Below are positions 1-11,200 of a stretch of 37,240 nucleotides of DNA, piece by piece (the stretch's first letter is position 1; each line of letters opens with the position of its first letter). The notes beneath the pieces are model-generated. The model did not search any database and was not told the origin of the DNA. It worked only from the letters and a program-made list of their open reading frames with translations. Source of the DNA: a virus. Taxonomy: Duplodnaviria > Heunggongvirae > Uroviricota > Caudoviricetes > Schitoviridae. Location of the stretch: IMG/VR virus record IMGVR_UViG_2595698411_000001, positions 1 through 37,240 of that record; one strand, 5' to 3'. A program made the translations under genes and the position numbers.

Positions 1-1
1 C

Positions 2-1117
2 GTCTACAGAAGGAAACGCAGTAGCAGGACCGTAATCAATTTTTTCTGAGCCTATAACAGCAGCCGCTACTTCTGGGTCTATACCTTCTTCTTCTACTAG
101 GTAATAAAACCCGTCTTTCATACGCTCGTCATCAATATTGCCGATACCCATCTCAGAACCAAGAGACTCAAGCGCACTAGTTATACGTGACTCGGTATTT
201 CCGCTTTTTCTTGTTTTGCCGGCAATCTTGTTAACTAGGGCAACTTGATTGCTGATATTGAACTTTTTAGCTTCGTTAATATCGTCGACTCTAGACTGCT
301 CTGCAGCTAAGATATCAGCACGAGTTAGACCGTTAATACGGCTATCAAACGCAGAACGAATAGTGCCGATATCAACGTTGTTGCGAACGTTCTCAGGCAA
401 CGCACGAATTAGTGCATCTACTTTCTCTCCTTTAGTAAGAGCTCTACCGCTTTCAACGCCTTCTTGGTAGCGTTCGTACTGTTTCGTGTAAACACGCTGA
501 AGCTCGTTAGCTAGACGTAAACCTTTTTCCTCAAGGGAAAGATCATCTAGTTCATTACGCAATGCTTGTAAGTTTAAGCGGCGTTTTCTCTTCAACTCAG
601 CTACGTGGTCTTTTGTCAGGCCAGAAGTGTCTATTTGAGCGCCGAATGCTTCTACAGCCTCGTCTAAGGCTTTTTCGTCTCCACCTGTCAGATACGCAGT
701 AGCACGATCTCTGTCAGTGTTGATTAGTTCTTCACGTCTTTTTAGGGCACCACGACGAGCATCGCCATAATCGTCCTCAGTGTATTTAACTTTAGACGGA
801 TCATAATCTAGTGCAATACGGTTTAAGTCTTGAACAGCAGTACGTTTAGCGTCCGCTAGTTCATACTCTCGCGTTTGCCGCGCTTCTGCTCGATCAGCGC
901 GCCCTTTAGCGACGGCGTCTTTCTCTTTTCGATACGCAAGCTCTTCTTCGTAACGCTCATTAGCAAGAGCAGTAGCTTCTTCTTCACGAGCTAAACGCTC
1001 TTCTTCTGCACCTTGATCTAGCAAGCTTTTAGACAGCCTGCCCAAAGACTTACTAAGGCCTGAGGTCCAATTGACAGAACCTCCGGGTACAGAGACGTAA
1101 TTACCTTGTCTGGCCAT
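2..1117 (-). CDS. Partial ORF (>=372 aa, runs off the left edge); probable internal virion/ejection protein at the N4 gp51 position
   Basis: Not in the ORF track. Translated by hand: ATG at 1117 after GGATAAGGTG, no stop down to position 2 (MARQGNYVSVPGGSVNWTSGLSKSLGRLSKSLLDQGAEEERLAREEE...IDYGPATAFPSVD). Helical, E/R-rich, directly downstream of the gp52-like gene. Function inferred from synteny. Confidence 0.7.
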   Translation of the reverse strand, partial: MARQGNYVSVPGGSVNWTSGLSKSLGRLSKSLLDQGAEEERLAREEEATALANERYEEELAYRKEKDAVAKGRADRAEARQTREYELADAKRTAVQDLNRIALDYDPSKVKYTEDDYGDARRGALKRREELINTDRDRATAYLTGGDEKALDEAVEAFGAQIDTSGLTKDHVAELKRKRRLNLQALRNELDDLSLEEKGLRLANELQRVYTKQYERYQEGVESGRALTKGEKVDALIRALPENVRNNVDIGTIRSAFDSRINGLTRADILAAEQSRVDDINEAKKFNISNQVALVNKIAGKTRKSGNTESRITSALESLGSEMGIGNIDDERMKDGFYYLVEEEGIDPEVAAAVIGSEKIDYGPATAFPSVD

Positions 1118-1126
1118 TGTTACACC

Positions 1127-1627
1127 TTATCCTTTAAAGCTGTTAAAGCCCTTAATGTTGTTACGGCGACGTTCTTGCTCTTTCTTAGCGGTGGCTAAAT
1201 TAAACTTCAAAGAGTCGTTTTGAAGACGCGCATTTTTTAGCATAGTCGGTAGAGATGCAACGTTCACTAAAGCACTAGCAAGTCCTGCTACATTACCTCC
1301 AAAGTTTTTGTCTTCAAAAAGACTACCAAGACCTCCGCCACTACCAGAACCACCACTACCACCGCTACCGCCAGAACCACCACTACCACCGCTACCGCCA
1401 GAACCACCACTACCACCGCTACCGCCAGAGCCTAAAGCGCTACTGGAGAAAGTAATCCCTTTGCCTGCAGTCACTGGAGGCACAGTTACGGTAGGTGTAG
1501 TAGCAGACACAGCGGGTGTAGCTGCAGCAGGGGCAGTTACACCGTTTTTGTACTTCTGCAAGTAATTCATGTCAAATTTGCCGGTAGGCGAAGCGGTTAT
1601 TCCGTTTAATTCATCAAGAAGGTTCAT
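1127..1627 (-). CDS. N4 gp52-like small ejection/internal virion protein with Gly-Ser linker
   Basis: 166 aa. C-terminal amphipathic segment GNVAGLASALVNVASLPTML followed by LKFNLATAKKEQERRRNN resembles recalled gp52-type proteins. Lies right after the gp53-like gene. Confidence 0.6.
   Translation of the reverse strand: MNLLDELNGITASPTGKFDMNYLQKYKNGVTAPAAATPAVSATTPTVTVPPVTAGKGITFSSSALGSGGSGGSGGSGGSGGSGGSGGSGGSGGSGSGGGLGSLFEDKNFGGNVAGLASALVNVASLPTMLKNARLQNDSLKFNLATAKKEQERRRNNIKGFNSFKG
1349..1429. repeat. Three exact tandem copies of a 27-bp unit encoding (SGG)n
   Basis: ACCACCACTACCACCGCTACCGCCAGA at 1349, 1376 and 1403. Confidence 0.95.
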
Positions 1628-1656
1628 GTTTCTGTACCCTGTAAATAGTTACTTTG

Positions 1657-1685
1657 ATTATACTACACACACCGTTTTTATTAAA
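1657..1685 (-). promoter_or_regulatory. sigma70-like promoter for the ejection-protein genes
   Basis: Minus strand TTTAAT-N17-TATAAT in the 63-bp gap upstream of the 166-aa gene. Confidence 0.55.
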
Positions 1686-1690
1686 CAGCC

Positions 1691-3601
1691 CTAAATTACC
1701 AGTATGTTTGCAAACGCTGGATCGTCGTATGTTCCTTTCCTCAGCGCCTGCTTAGTAGTTTTTTGTATATTGCCTAGCGAAAGAGGGCCACCGCCTCTTT
1801 CATAAGGGGTATCAAACTGATTAGCATATATAGACCAGTCTGCAGTAGCAGGCTTAGCGTATACGTTCATAAATCCTTGTAAAGCATCGTATTCACGATT
1901 AGTTTCTTCCGTTAATTTATCGTATTCGGCTTTCAAGTCTCTATTTTTTTCGCCTAAGCTTTGTATTTTAAGTTTGGTGGGTAAGGAAACTAGGTCCACC
2001 ATCTTAGTAGTAAAAGCTATTGCTGCATTAGTAGTAAAATTTCCTGCCAGTACGTCAGTTGCGCCTTTAATAATACCGTCTACAACCTTACTTACCGCAT
2101 TTTCTATTGCAGTACTAATTACTTCTGTAGCAATCTCTGTGGCAGTTATATCCGCGATCTCCTTACCGGTTTCTTTTGCAATTGTTTTTGCAGCTTCTTT
2201 AGCTGCTTGCTTGCCTGCCTCAGATATGGCCGCGGTAAGGCTTACTACAGCTGCTATCATAACTAGTGGCTCTACCCATTTCTGTGCTTCCATAAACGCC
2301 ATAGCCCACTCGTGCTGGCCTGTCACTGCAAACGCTAGTGTTATTAGAGTTAGTACTAATGAAGCAAACAGTACTGCTGCCGCAGCCGCCGCCCAAGTCA
2401 AACTCGCACCACCGGTAAACGGAGATAGTATTATAGCGATTACAAACACTACGATAGCCAAAGCTTTCTTGTACCAAGGTACTGACTTCTTCTTATAGCC
2501 AGTGTCTAAAAGGCTGACCATATAAGCACTCAGCTCTTTATAAGTAAAACCGTGAGCTCTCGGGTTTTTAAACGCCTCAGTCTTTAAATATTCCTTTTTT
2601 CCTACTCGATACCATAGACTCTCATACTTACTTTCTGCCTGTACAGCTATGTCTTCCCAAGCAAGGTAGTCCCGACTTTTTAAACTAGGGTCTTCGTCTA
2701 GGTCATCAGAGTTCATCGCCTGCACTACTTTTTTAGTAGTCGCTTCATTACTTCGATCTTTTCTTTTGTACGTTGCTGCCAGATCTGCAGCAATCATCTG
2801 TACGAAAAGCTCGCCTGCGGTAAAGTTGTTGTAAGGTATTTCTATGTCCAACACAAAGGTTTTAGAAAACCCTATACTAAGCCCCAGAACAGGCAGAGCT
2901 TGACTTACAGTGCCTATGCTCAAGTCTTTGACTGTGTGCTCTATCCCTGTGTCTCGCATAGCATAACGTACTACTGTATTGAGCCAAGGATCATCTGGGC
3001 TTAAGTCGTCGTTATCAGGTACTTTGGTTTTGGTAGCAGGGTCTATAATACTCCCTTTGTTTATTACTCCTACACCTTCTTGCGTTATAACCGCCTTCTC
3101 CCAGAGCTCCTCGTAGTTTTCAGCAATACTTCGCATAGCTACGGCTTTAGTCATATTGCCGTTAATTATCTCGTCTACTCGCGCTCTATGCGCTTTGTCT
3201 TTACTGGTGTTAGAAATAACTAAACTGGCTGTAAGGGTAAGGTTCTCAGGACGAGTCCCGTCATTGGCGTCCCACCACATTTTGTTTAGGTTGTCTGCTA
3301 CAAACGAATTTATATCGCCCGGCAAGAAACTTTGCTTATTCTTGTTAAAATAAACCCAAGCATGCTCAATGCCTTTATAGCTTCCGCCGGTTACATCTTC
3401 GTACATACCTAAGTATTTAAACAGCTTTTCAAAGTTGTCGCTGCGTCGGCTCTCTTTGTGGTAGTACTGTCTATGGGTAAATACTTCTACACCGTTAACA
3501 GTCTCCGTACCCCAAAGACGAGACAGTTTCCTAACCGTACCTAGGTTAGAAATAAAGCCTTGTCTTAGGGTATCACCTATATCAGGTTGAGGTCTTTTCA
3601 T
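1691..3601 (-). CDS. N4 gp53-like tail structural protein (tail plug/tip candidate) with a long hydrophobic segment
   Basis: 636 aa. PWYKKALAIVVFVIAIILSPFTGGASLTWAAAAAAVLFASLVL matches the recalled hydrophobic C-terminal block of gp53-type proteins. Synteny between gp54-like and gp52-like genes. Confidence 0.6.
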   Translation of the reverse strand: MKRPQPDIGDTLRQGFISNLGTVRKLSRLWGTETVNGVEVFTHRQYYHKESRRSDNFEKLFKYLGMYEDVTGGSYKGIEHAWVYFNKNKQSFLPGDINSFVADNLNKMWWDANDGTRPENLTLTASLVISNTSKDKAHRARVDEIINGNMTKAVAMRSIAENYEELWEKAVITQEGVGVINKGSIIDPATKTKVPDNDDLSPDDPWLNTVVRYAMRDTGIEHTVKDLSIGTVSQALPVLGLSIGFSKTFVLDIEIPYNNFTAGELFVQMIAADLAATYKRKDRSNEATTKKVVQAMNSDDLDEDPSLKSRDYLAWEDIAVQAESKYESLWYRVGKKEYLKTEAFKNPRAHGFTYKELSAYMVSLLDTGYKKKSVPWYKKALAIVVFVIAIILSPFTGGASLTWAAAAAAVLFASLVLTLITLAFAVTGQHEWAMAFMEAQKWVEPLVMIAAVVSLTAAISEAGKQAAKEAAKTIAKETGKEIADITATEIATEVISTAIENAVSKVVDGIIKGATDVLAGNFTTNAAIAFTTKMVDLVSLPTKLKIQSLGEKNRDLKAEYDKLTEETNREYDALQGFMNVYAKPATADWSIYANQFDTPYERGGGPLSLGNIQKTTKQALRKGTYDDPAFANILVI

Positions 3602-4479
3602 TACTCTACCGGTACCGCATCCGCAGTAGTAGTGGTTGCACTTTTAAGGTTCTTAGCTGCATCAAGTACAACATCAAGCAAAATACCGCCAGGCTGTCCT
3701 GGACCAAACTCTGCGTACTCTGCAGCGATAGCAGTACCTAGCATACTAGCAGAACCAGTTAATGCATTAGCCCATGCGTTGTACGAGTAGCCTTTAGCTT
3801 GCTCAATTGCAATATCTTGCTGAGTATCGCTAAGCGTCTTAAAGTCACCGTGATTAGCTGTTACCGCAGATATGCCGTTCTCTGACAAGCCATTATACGA
3901 GTAGCTGCCAAAGTTAACGTAAGTGTCTGCAACAATCTTATGAACAGCTGCATGCGACTCTTTAACTTTCTGCTTAACTAGCTCTTGTTCTTCGACTACT
4001 TTAAGGCGTTGGCTCTCAAGCAGCTCAATGTCTTTTGCTACTTTACCGTCATCGCCTAGCGACGCTACATTGCCTGATCCGTCAAACACTGCCGTACCAA
4101 ACATGCGTTTAGACTCGACTTTCGCTAAGCGCGTTTGTGTAGATACTTGATCTACTTGGGCCTCTCTAAGCAGCGCATCGTTATCTAGTACGTCTAACTG
4201 CCGGCCTAACTCTAGTTTACGAAGCTCTAAGTCTTTCTCCGCTTGCGCCCAAGAAATAGCAGTGCTCATACTAGCGTTAGTCAGGTTATTAACCATAGAA
4301 CTAACAATGTTACTTAAAACTTCTGCTTTTTGTGCGTCTGCAATAGCACCGTTTTGCACTAGTTCTTGAATAGTCTCTTTGGCGCGGATATAGGCAGAAT
4401 CACTGCCCATAGATTCCGCTAATAAAGAACGAAACTTCTCGGTTACGTCTAAATTAGTAGGAGTAGTTACTGTAGCCAT
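3601..4479 (-). CDS. Virion structural protein, probable second gp54-like (tail tube) paralog
   Basis: 292 aa helical/coiled-coil protein. C-terminal QQDIAIEQAKGYSYNAWANAL resembles the end of gp54-type proteins. Adjacent to the 251-aa gp54-like gene. Confidence 0.45.
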   Translation of the reverse strand: MATVTTPTNLDVTEKFRSLLAESMGSDSAYIRAKETIQELVQNGAIADAQKAEVLSNIVSSMVNNLTNASMSTAISWAQAEKDLELRKLELGRQLDVLDNDALLREAQVDQVSTQTRLAKVESKRMFGTAVFDGSGNVASLGDDGKVAKDIELLESQRLKVVEEQELVKQKVKESHAAVHKIVADTYVNFGSYSYNGLSENGISAVTANHGDFKTLSDTQQDIAIEQAKGYSYNAWANALTGSASMLGTAIAAEYAEFGPGQPGGILLDVVLDAAKNLKSATTTTADAVPVE

Positions 4480-4487
4480 GTTGTTCC

Positions 4488-5243
4488 TTATTCAGTGTAT
4501 ACAGGTGAATATACAAAATTGGTGTCGGTTGTACGGGTATTTTCGGCTATCTTCATAGCATTGTCCAAACCAAGTTTTGCAGCTTCTTTATCTTTTATTA
4601 CGCGCTCTACAAACGCTGTTTTGATCTGCTCGTCAGTAAGCAACTGATCTTTATTAGCCGATTCGATCTGCTCATCCATAACTAGTCGCTGCTTCTCGCT
4701 AGTCACTAGTTGGTCTTGCAATTCTTGATCTGCCCGAATTGTACCGGCCAGTATCTCAGCTTTTTGCGCCTCTTTTACGGTATTCTCTGTACCTAGGAGG
4801 GTCTGCTGTAGTCTAGCCGTAGCGATCTCTTCGTCCTGTACAAGTCGACGCTTAGTACCGTCTAGTTGCGCTTCAGCGTCTTGCGTTTGCAGCAAGTCTA
4901 CTTCTTCCTGAAGTTTACTAAGCTGTTCAGGTAAAATACTTGCTACTTCAAACTCTTTAGCGGCGCGCTCTGCTTTTACGACACCTAGCTGCTCAGCCTT
5001 GATAAGGTTATCTGCCTCAGCGCCTCGTATTTGTACTTCAGTAAGCTTATCAGCTAATACAAACTGAATACTTTGAGCTAGGGCCGCTTGTATACCTCCT
5101 AAATACATAGAAGCGTAGTCAGAAGAATTGATACGGTTATTTTCGTATTGAGAAAGTATCTGCTTGTTAATACTTTCCATTAGTTTATCAAACACGCCTT
5201 CCCCTGAAGGGGAAGTTACATCTGTTACATTAATTTCGCTCAT
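4488..5243 (-). CDS. N4 gp54-like tail tube protein
   Basis: 251 aa. N-terminus SGEGVFDKLMESINKQILSQYENNRINSSDYASMYLGGIQAALAQSIQF matches the recalled gp54 motif (G.G.FD.LM......L..EY..GRI....Y...Y.......A.QF), followed by coiled coil. Confidence 0.65.
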   Translation of the reverse strand: MSEINVTDVTSPSGEGVFDKLMESINKQILSQYENNRINSSDYASMYLGGIQAALAQSIQFVLADKLTEVQIRGAEADNLIKAEQLGVVKAERAAKEFEVASILPEQLSKLQEEVDLLQTQDAEAQLDGTKRRLVQDEEIATARLQQTLLGTENTVKEAQKAEILAGTIRADQELQDQLVTSEKQRLVMDEQIESANKDQLLTDEQIKTAFVERVIKDKEAAKLGLDNAMKIAENTRTTDTNFVYSPVYTE

Positions 5244-5295
5244 AATCTTTCCTAAAAAACCTTACAAGTAGTCTAACATTTGTAGGGCCTGTTGT

Positions 5296-8200
5296 TTACT
5301 CTTCTGAACTGTTAAAACTAACTACTTGAGTTTTATGGTAGGAGTTAATCGGATTTTCTGTGTGCCTAACTGCGTTACTGACAACTACCCTGTAAGTAAA
5401 GTCGCTAGTACTACTACTGTTATCTGTGTAGGTCCAGCTACCGTTTAAATCTTCTCTTACATAGTAACCCCTTGAAACCCTGTTCCGCTCTATTCCTTCT
5501 TCAAGCGTTTTAGTCTGAAGAGTTTGCCAGCTACCCGAGCCTATTTGTCTCTGCAGTTTAATTGTACAAGATACTTTAGCACTAGCTCCTGGATCTATAG
5601 CCTGTATACCGCTCGAACTGTACGAATAACTGTAAGCTATCACTTTTTTATTACCATTAGTGGTAAAAGGGCCTACCGTTACTGACGGGTTTTTGGTAAG
5701 CAAAGTAGTTCTACCCGCATTAGTAAGTGTGCCCGCACTCAACGTTCCCCCAAAATAAGAGTTTCCGCTCGTGTCTTTCCATTCAATAGCGTTAGACTTC
5801 TTAAGGCTGCTAAGAATAGGCACACCACTACTATTAAGTATCTTAGGGCCGTACCAGTACCATAGGTTGTCAGGACCAAAACCAGACGCCAACTCTATTT
5901 TCATAAAGTTGTTGCCTATAAGATCTATCCTAGGCGATACGATACGAGTATTAGCTTGTATAGCTTCACCGTCAATAGACCCTTTAGCAAGTAAGTTACC
6001 GTTAATTACTAGCGCATAGCCTACCCAAGAACTTCCGTTGTATTTTTTAGTCTCTCCTACTGTAGGATCGCTAATCTTAAAGATGTTTACTATATCGCCC
6101 GGTACAGGAGTATCATCAGGTACTGCACCATTAGCGATAGCATCTGACCATACGCCGTCAGAAGTACCTACATAGTAGATGCCTGCCCCTCGTTTACCTG
6201 CTTTACCGTCGTCGCCCGGCTTACCGTCTTTACCTGCGTCCCCTGTCATTCTAACCGCGGTGTTCCAGCTAGAATCAGAGTTAGTCCAGTTGCCTTTACT
6301 CTCTTTCTGAATAAGGGTTAAAGATGTACGGTACGTATACTCGTTGCTTCCCGGATTAGAAGCAGTAGCGTACCAACCATCGTTGTCTCGGGCGTTACCA
6401 GAACTAGCGTAGAACGACCCAGAGACTCCCGGCAGGCTAGGGGCACTAGCTCCGTTAGCATACAAAAAGATCTCTTTGTACGAGTCAGCGTCTTTTCCTG
6501 GGTTACCGTTTTCACCATCGACGCCAGTAAACGGTAAAGGTCCGTTCCAGTTGCTGTCTACCGCCTTCCAGTTACCGCTGCCATTAGTCTGTTTGAGAGT
6601 AATGTTGATACGATAAGTTTTGTTTTTACTTGTAGGGGTAGAAGGTGAAGTAGTCCAAGAGCTGTAGTTAGAAGCTCCACCAGTAGAAGCGTTAAAACCT
6701 TGCGTATTGCTAGGCTTGCCTCCCGGAGTGCTGGTGGCGTTTCTGTACAAGAATACTTCTCTGTACACATCTGCAGAGCTACCTGATTCACCTTTACGGT
6801 AAAACAAAGCAGGAGTACTCCACCCGTTATTGCTCCACGTCACGTTACCGTTACTGTCTGTAGTTGCGGTATATCTAGTGGTAGACACATACTCAGTATC
6901 GTTGATACCTGCAGTAGGTCTGTCAGTCCAACCAGAAGGTACACTTTCGTTAGTTCCGTTGAAGCTGCCGCCAGAAGGTTTTCCAGGAGCGCTTGAGCTT
7001 ACACGGTAAACAAAGCTTACGTATGTACCGTTGGCGCCGTCGAAGTAGTCTATACCTTTTACAGGGGTGTATCCTTTAGGCAGTACACCATTATCTGTAT
7101 ACGTTGCTGTGGTATAAGCGTACTCACTAACTACCGCGGTCACAACTTCATAAGCAGACTTGTCAGGGCCTCCTTTAGTTCCGATAAAGGCATGCGCTAT
7201 TCTTTCAGGGCCCCATACAGCATCTAGTGGGGATCCACAACCTCTCAAAGCCTCACGCAGAATAGAACTGCAGCGGCAAGCATCTTCACTTACTAATATT
7301 ACAATCTTACCGTTGGCCAGACCGTTAATACGGTTACTGAGCGAAACTACACCACTGCCGTAAGTGTCATACTGTTGGTTGTAATCTATGTTCCCGTTAT
7401 CGGGATCTAGTACAATCAAGCGGTGGCCGCGACTATTCACGTTGAACTTATCGTACCCAGTAATACTAATATACGAGTTCGACGACGGGTTATTGTAATG
7501 ACTTCCTTGGGCAGTGATCTGTCGACCTGCGCTAATAATAGCCGTATCACCTTCGTCGTTACGAATAGTAAACGTACCATCGTTATTATTAGTGATAGTA
7601 GGAGCACCGGGGCTTTTACCGTCTTTAACAACAATCGAACCGTTCGCGCCTGTAACAGTATAAGTTCCGTTATTGTTGTCAGTAACCGTCACATTTACGC
7701 CGTCTTTTCTGTAAGCGTACACGCTAGGCGTAGACCATTTGCCTGACAACGACACATTAGTTTGCGTAATGTTGCCTGTAGCCAAAGCGGTTGTACGGTA
7801 CACTTTTTTGCCGTTAGGTAGGCTGCTAGGAAAACTAGTGGACCAGTGTCCGTGACTTCCTACAAGACTATCTGTGGCAAAGTTGTATTTAAAGTGAGTA
7901 GTAGGAGCATTAACAGTGCCGCTGGTGGCAATACTGTACAAAACTATCTCGCGAACAAGGTCAGCTTCTAGCTGTCTTTTCCCTTCGTACGTAGTAGTTT
8001 CTCCACCCGCGCTGACTATCTTTTTAATAGTCCATAGGTTACCCGCACCCTTTAAACCACTAGCTGATGCACTGGTGTACCAAGTAGGGGCACCCGACTG
8101 GTCAGGAGCCTTAGGCTCAGAAACGCTTCGGGTAAATAAAAAGTCTGTATAAGCGCCTGTCACGCCTTGACGACCTCGGGCACCGACAAAAGCGACTTTA

Positions 8201-11200
8201 ATATCTTTTACGCTTCCCCCGTCGCCAGTAGACGCCCATACTGAAATAGTATTTTCGCCTACTTTTAGCGTATCAGAGCTTACTTCGTAATACCTAGTTG
8301 CATTGTCAGGGCCAGATATAGCAGTAATCTCTTCGCCGTTAAACCCTATTCTTACTCCGCCTTCTGCGTCATTAGCGTTTATACGAATAAACACATTGCC
8401 GGCAAATGCAGAGTTAAATTTCCACTCGTAAGCATTATCAATTGTTGTATTTACAGGCCATGACTGACTACCCTGCCACTCAAATAAAAGCGCGCTAAGA
8501 CCGTCTCGGGCTGTAATTTGCGTAGGGTTTTGCCATACAAAATTACCAGTACCGTTAGTCTGCTTGCCTATCGACTGGTACAGCGTATTGTTGATTAACG
8601 CAGGTATTTCAGTAACCCAGCCGGTAGGGCTGTTACCTGTAGGCTTGCTAGGTTTAGTTAAACTGTCTTTGTATACGTACTTGTAAACGTCTGCGCTTAC
8701 GCCGTCTTGACGCTGCGCATATATAGTCGGAGTGCTCCAGTTAACAGACACATTTGTTTGTGTAGCATTACCGGTAACTAGTGCCGTACTAACGTAAATC
8801 TTATGGTTGTTAGTAGTCAGGCCTGGTACTGAGCGGCTCCAGTTGTTATCGTTTACAGCTAGTGTATCAGTTTTGAAGTTGTACTTACTTCCTGTCGGAG
8901 CTGCACGACTTCCTGTAGTAGGCTTGCTGTACAGCACCAGCTCTCTGATAATAGGCGCTTCAATAATACGTTTGTCGGTGTAAGTAGTCTTACTACCTCC
9001 AGCATTTACTTCTTTCTTGATAGACCACAAGTCACCAGCACCGTCAGGCACGTCTGTTACATCGGTATACCAAGTAATGTTGCCGCCCGGGTTTTGCGGT
9101 GTACCTGTGCTACGGGTAAACAGAAAGTCTGTAAACCCACCAGCTAAACCTTCAGCACCTACAAAAGCAACTTCTATTTTTCGGATTTTACCACCGTCAG
9201 CGCTAGTAGCCCAAAACTTAAGGGTATTTTCTCCAGTAACTAGGTTGTTTACACTGAACTCGTACCATTCTTCGGTACTGTCTGCTCTAGTTCTGTAAAA
9301 TGGTAGTTCGGCACCGTCATTGAACTTCATACGAACGCCACCGTTAGCAGTACCTTCAGCGTCGTAAGCAAACACACGTATCAAAGCATTTCCTGCAAAA
9401 GAAGACGTAAAGTCATAAGTTTTTGCGGCCGCCTCGTTAGTGTTATCTGGCCACGAATCGTTCCCTTCGTAGTCAAACAGTAAAGGTGTACTACCTTTTT
9501 CAGCTAGTAACTGCCATTGCGGTTTGCTGTCATCAGGAGTAACACCTTTAACTGTCATCACAGCTAGGTAACTAGATCTGTTAAAAGTTACAATATCTCC
9601 ACGGACATAAGTAGTGTTGCTGTTGTAAGGGCCCTTAGGCTCGTTACGGGTAGCTTCTGTGTTTTCGACCCCAAGTTGGATACCAGACTCTGTGACAGTA
9701 AAACGCGCTTCTATTGACGGATAATCAGGGTTCTTGAGCACAAAGCGTTTAGCATTAACCCAAAACTCGCTATCAAACGCAGTATCCTCAGACGCACCGT
9801 CCCCTGCAGTGTCGCCTGTCGCCGTAAGACCAAAACCAGATTTGTAGTACTCACCATTAATCATAATAGCGCTATCGTACGCAAAACGATTTTCTACATA
9901 GGCGCCAACACTGTCAGCATAAGCCTCGCTAGTAGCTTCTAGATTACTAAAGCCTTGAGCTACTAATCCTGTGGGCCCTCTAACATCAGTTGCGAGGTCT
10001 ACAAAAAATCTGCTTTTAGAGATTATTCCTTCTGGGCCTGTAACGTCCCACGTAGCGCCGTTAAAAGAATACGTAGTAGTATCGCCTGTAGCAGGATCGA
10101 ACACCGTAACCAAGTCGCCTTCGGCGATGTAGCTATTACCTGTTTCGGAAGATCCAACAGGCACAAGTACCCACGAATTTACAGGCTTGTAATAAAGCTT
10201 TTTATCGTCAGGCTTAAACCAGTACAAAAATTTAGACGCAGATATAACTTCTTGTTCTGTTACAGGAGCTTCCGGGTTAAGTACATAGTTAGCAGGGCTG
10301 TTAGGTCCACCCCAAGCGTAAAACTGGGATACTTTACCGTCTGCCGCACCTTTAGCTGCAGCTGCATCTTGCAACGCTTGGTATATAGAAGTATCGGTCA
10401 CTACTACCCAGTCATGAATAGTAGCCTGATACCAGTAAGCCTTACGGCTGTCTTTGAAGTACACAATGTTGCCGTGAGCGTCATCACGCTTTTCTTGTGT
10501 GTTCCACCCGCTCTTTATTGAAGCTAGTGCCTCTTCTTCGTTACTAGCTCCCGGAATGTCTGAATAGCTTTCATAGAAATAGTATTCAATTTTACCGTCT
10601 ATCTGGTTTCTAACACGCGCAGCTTCTGGCTCATAAGTGTTCTCGATGAACTCTTTAGCTGTTTCGTCAGCTAAAACCCAGTCAGCTTCGTTGAAAATAT
10701 TAGTTCTGTTGACTGTCGATACTTTAACAACCTGAGGTATGCTGCTGTTGTCTACCCACAAGTCGCCTACATCGTAAGGCGCATAAGGCTGAGCAACAAA
10801 AACTCTCCGTTTTTGATCTGCTAGATCAGAGGCTTTTAGTGCAGCTACGTAAGTAGACTGTACGTCAGTATCTGTTATCAATGACCATGTGTAGCCCTGA
10901 GGGTCGGTAGAGAACGGAGCTGTTTGGTCAGGAGCTGTACGAATAAACTTGTAAGACTTAACGTAGTTGCCTGATTCAGGGTCATATTGAATGTAAACGT
11001 CACCGATGTGAGCAGCACGTTCGTTTTCGTTGCCGTTAGCGTTGTCTACTGCAATCCAGCTAGCGTAGGGCTCTTTGGTAGCGTCTATTTTATCGTCGTC
11101 AGGGTTCTGATCGTCTTCAACGTTTATCATGACGTCGTATGTGCCGGTAGTGTAAAGTATTACACCGTCGTTCTGACGTTCTAGTACATCGATACGAGAA

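Noticed and set aside
1308-1565. Pro-rich 85-aa ORF on the + strand
   Set aside because: It is the antisense shadow of the Gly-Ser repeat in the 166-aa gene, with no RBS or promoter.
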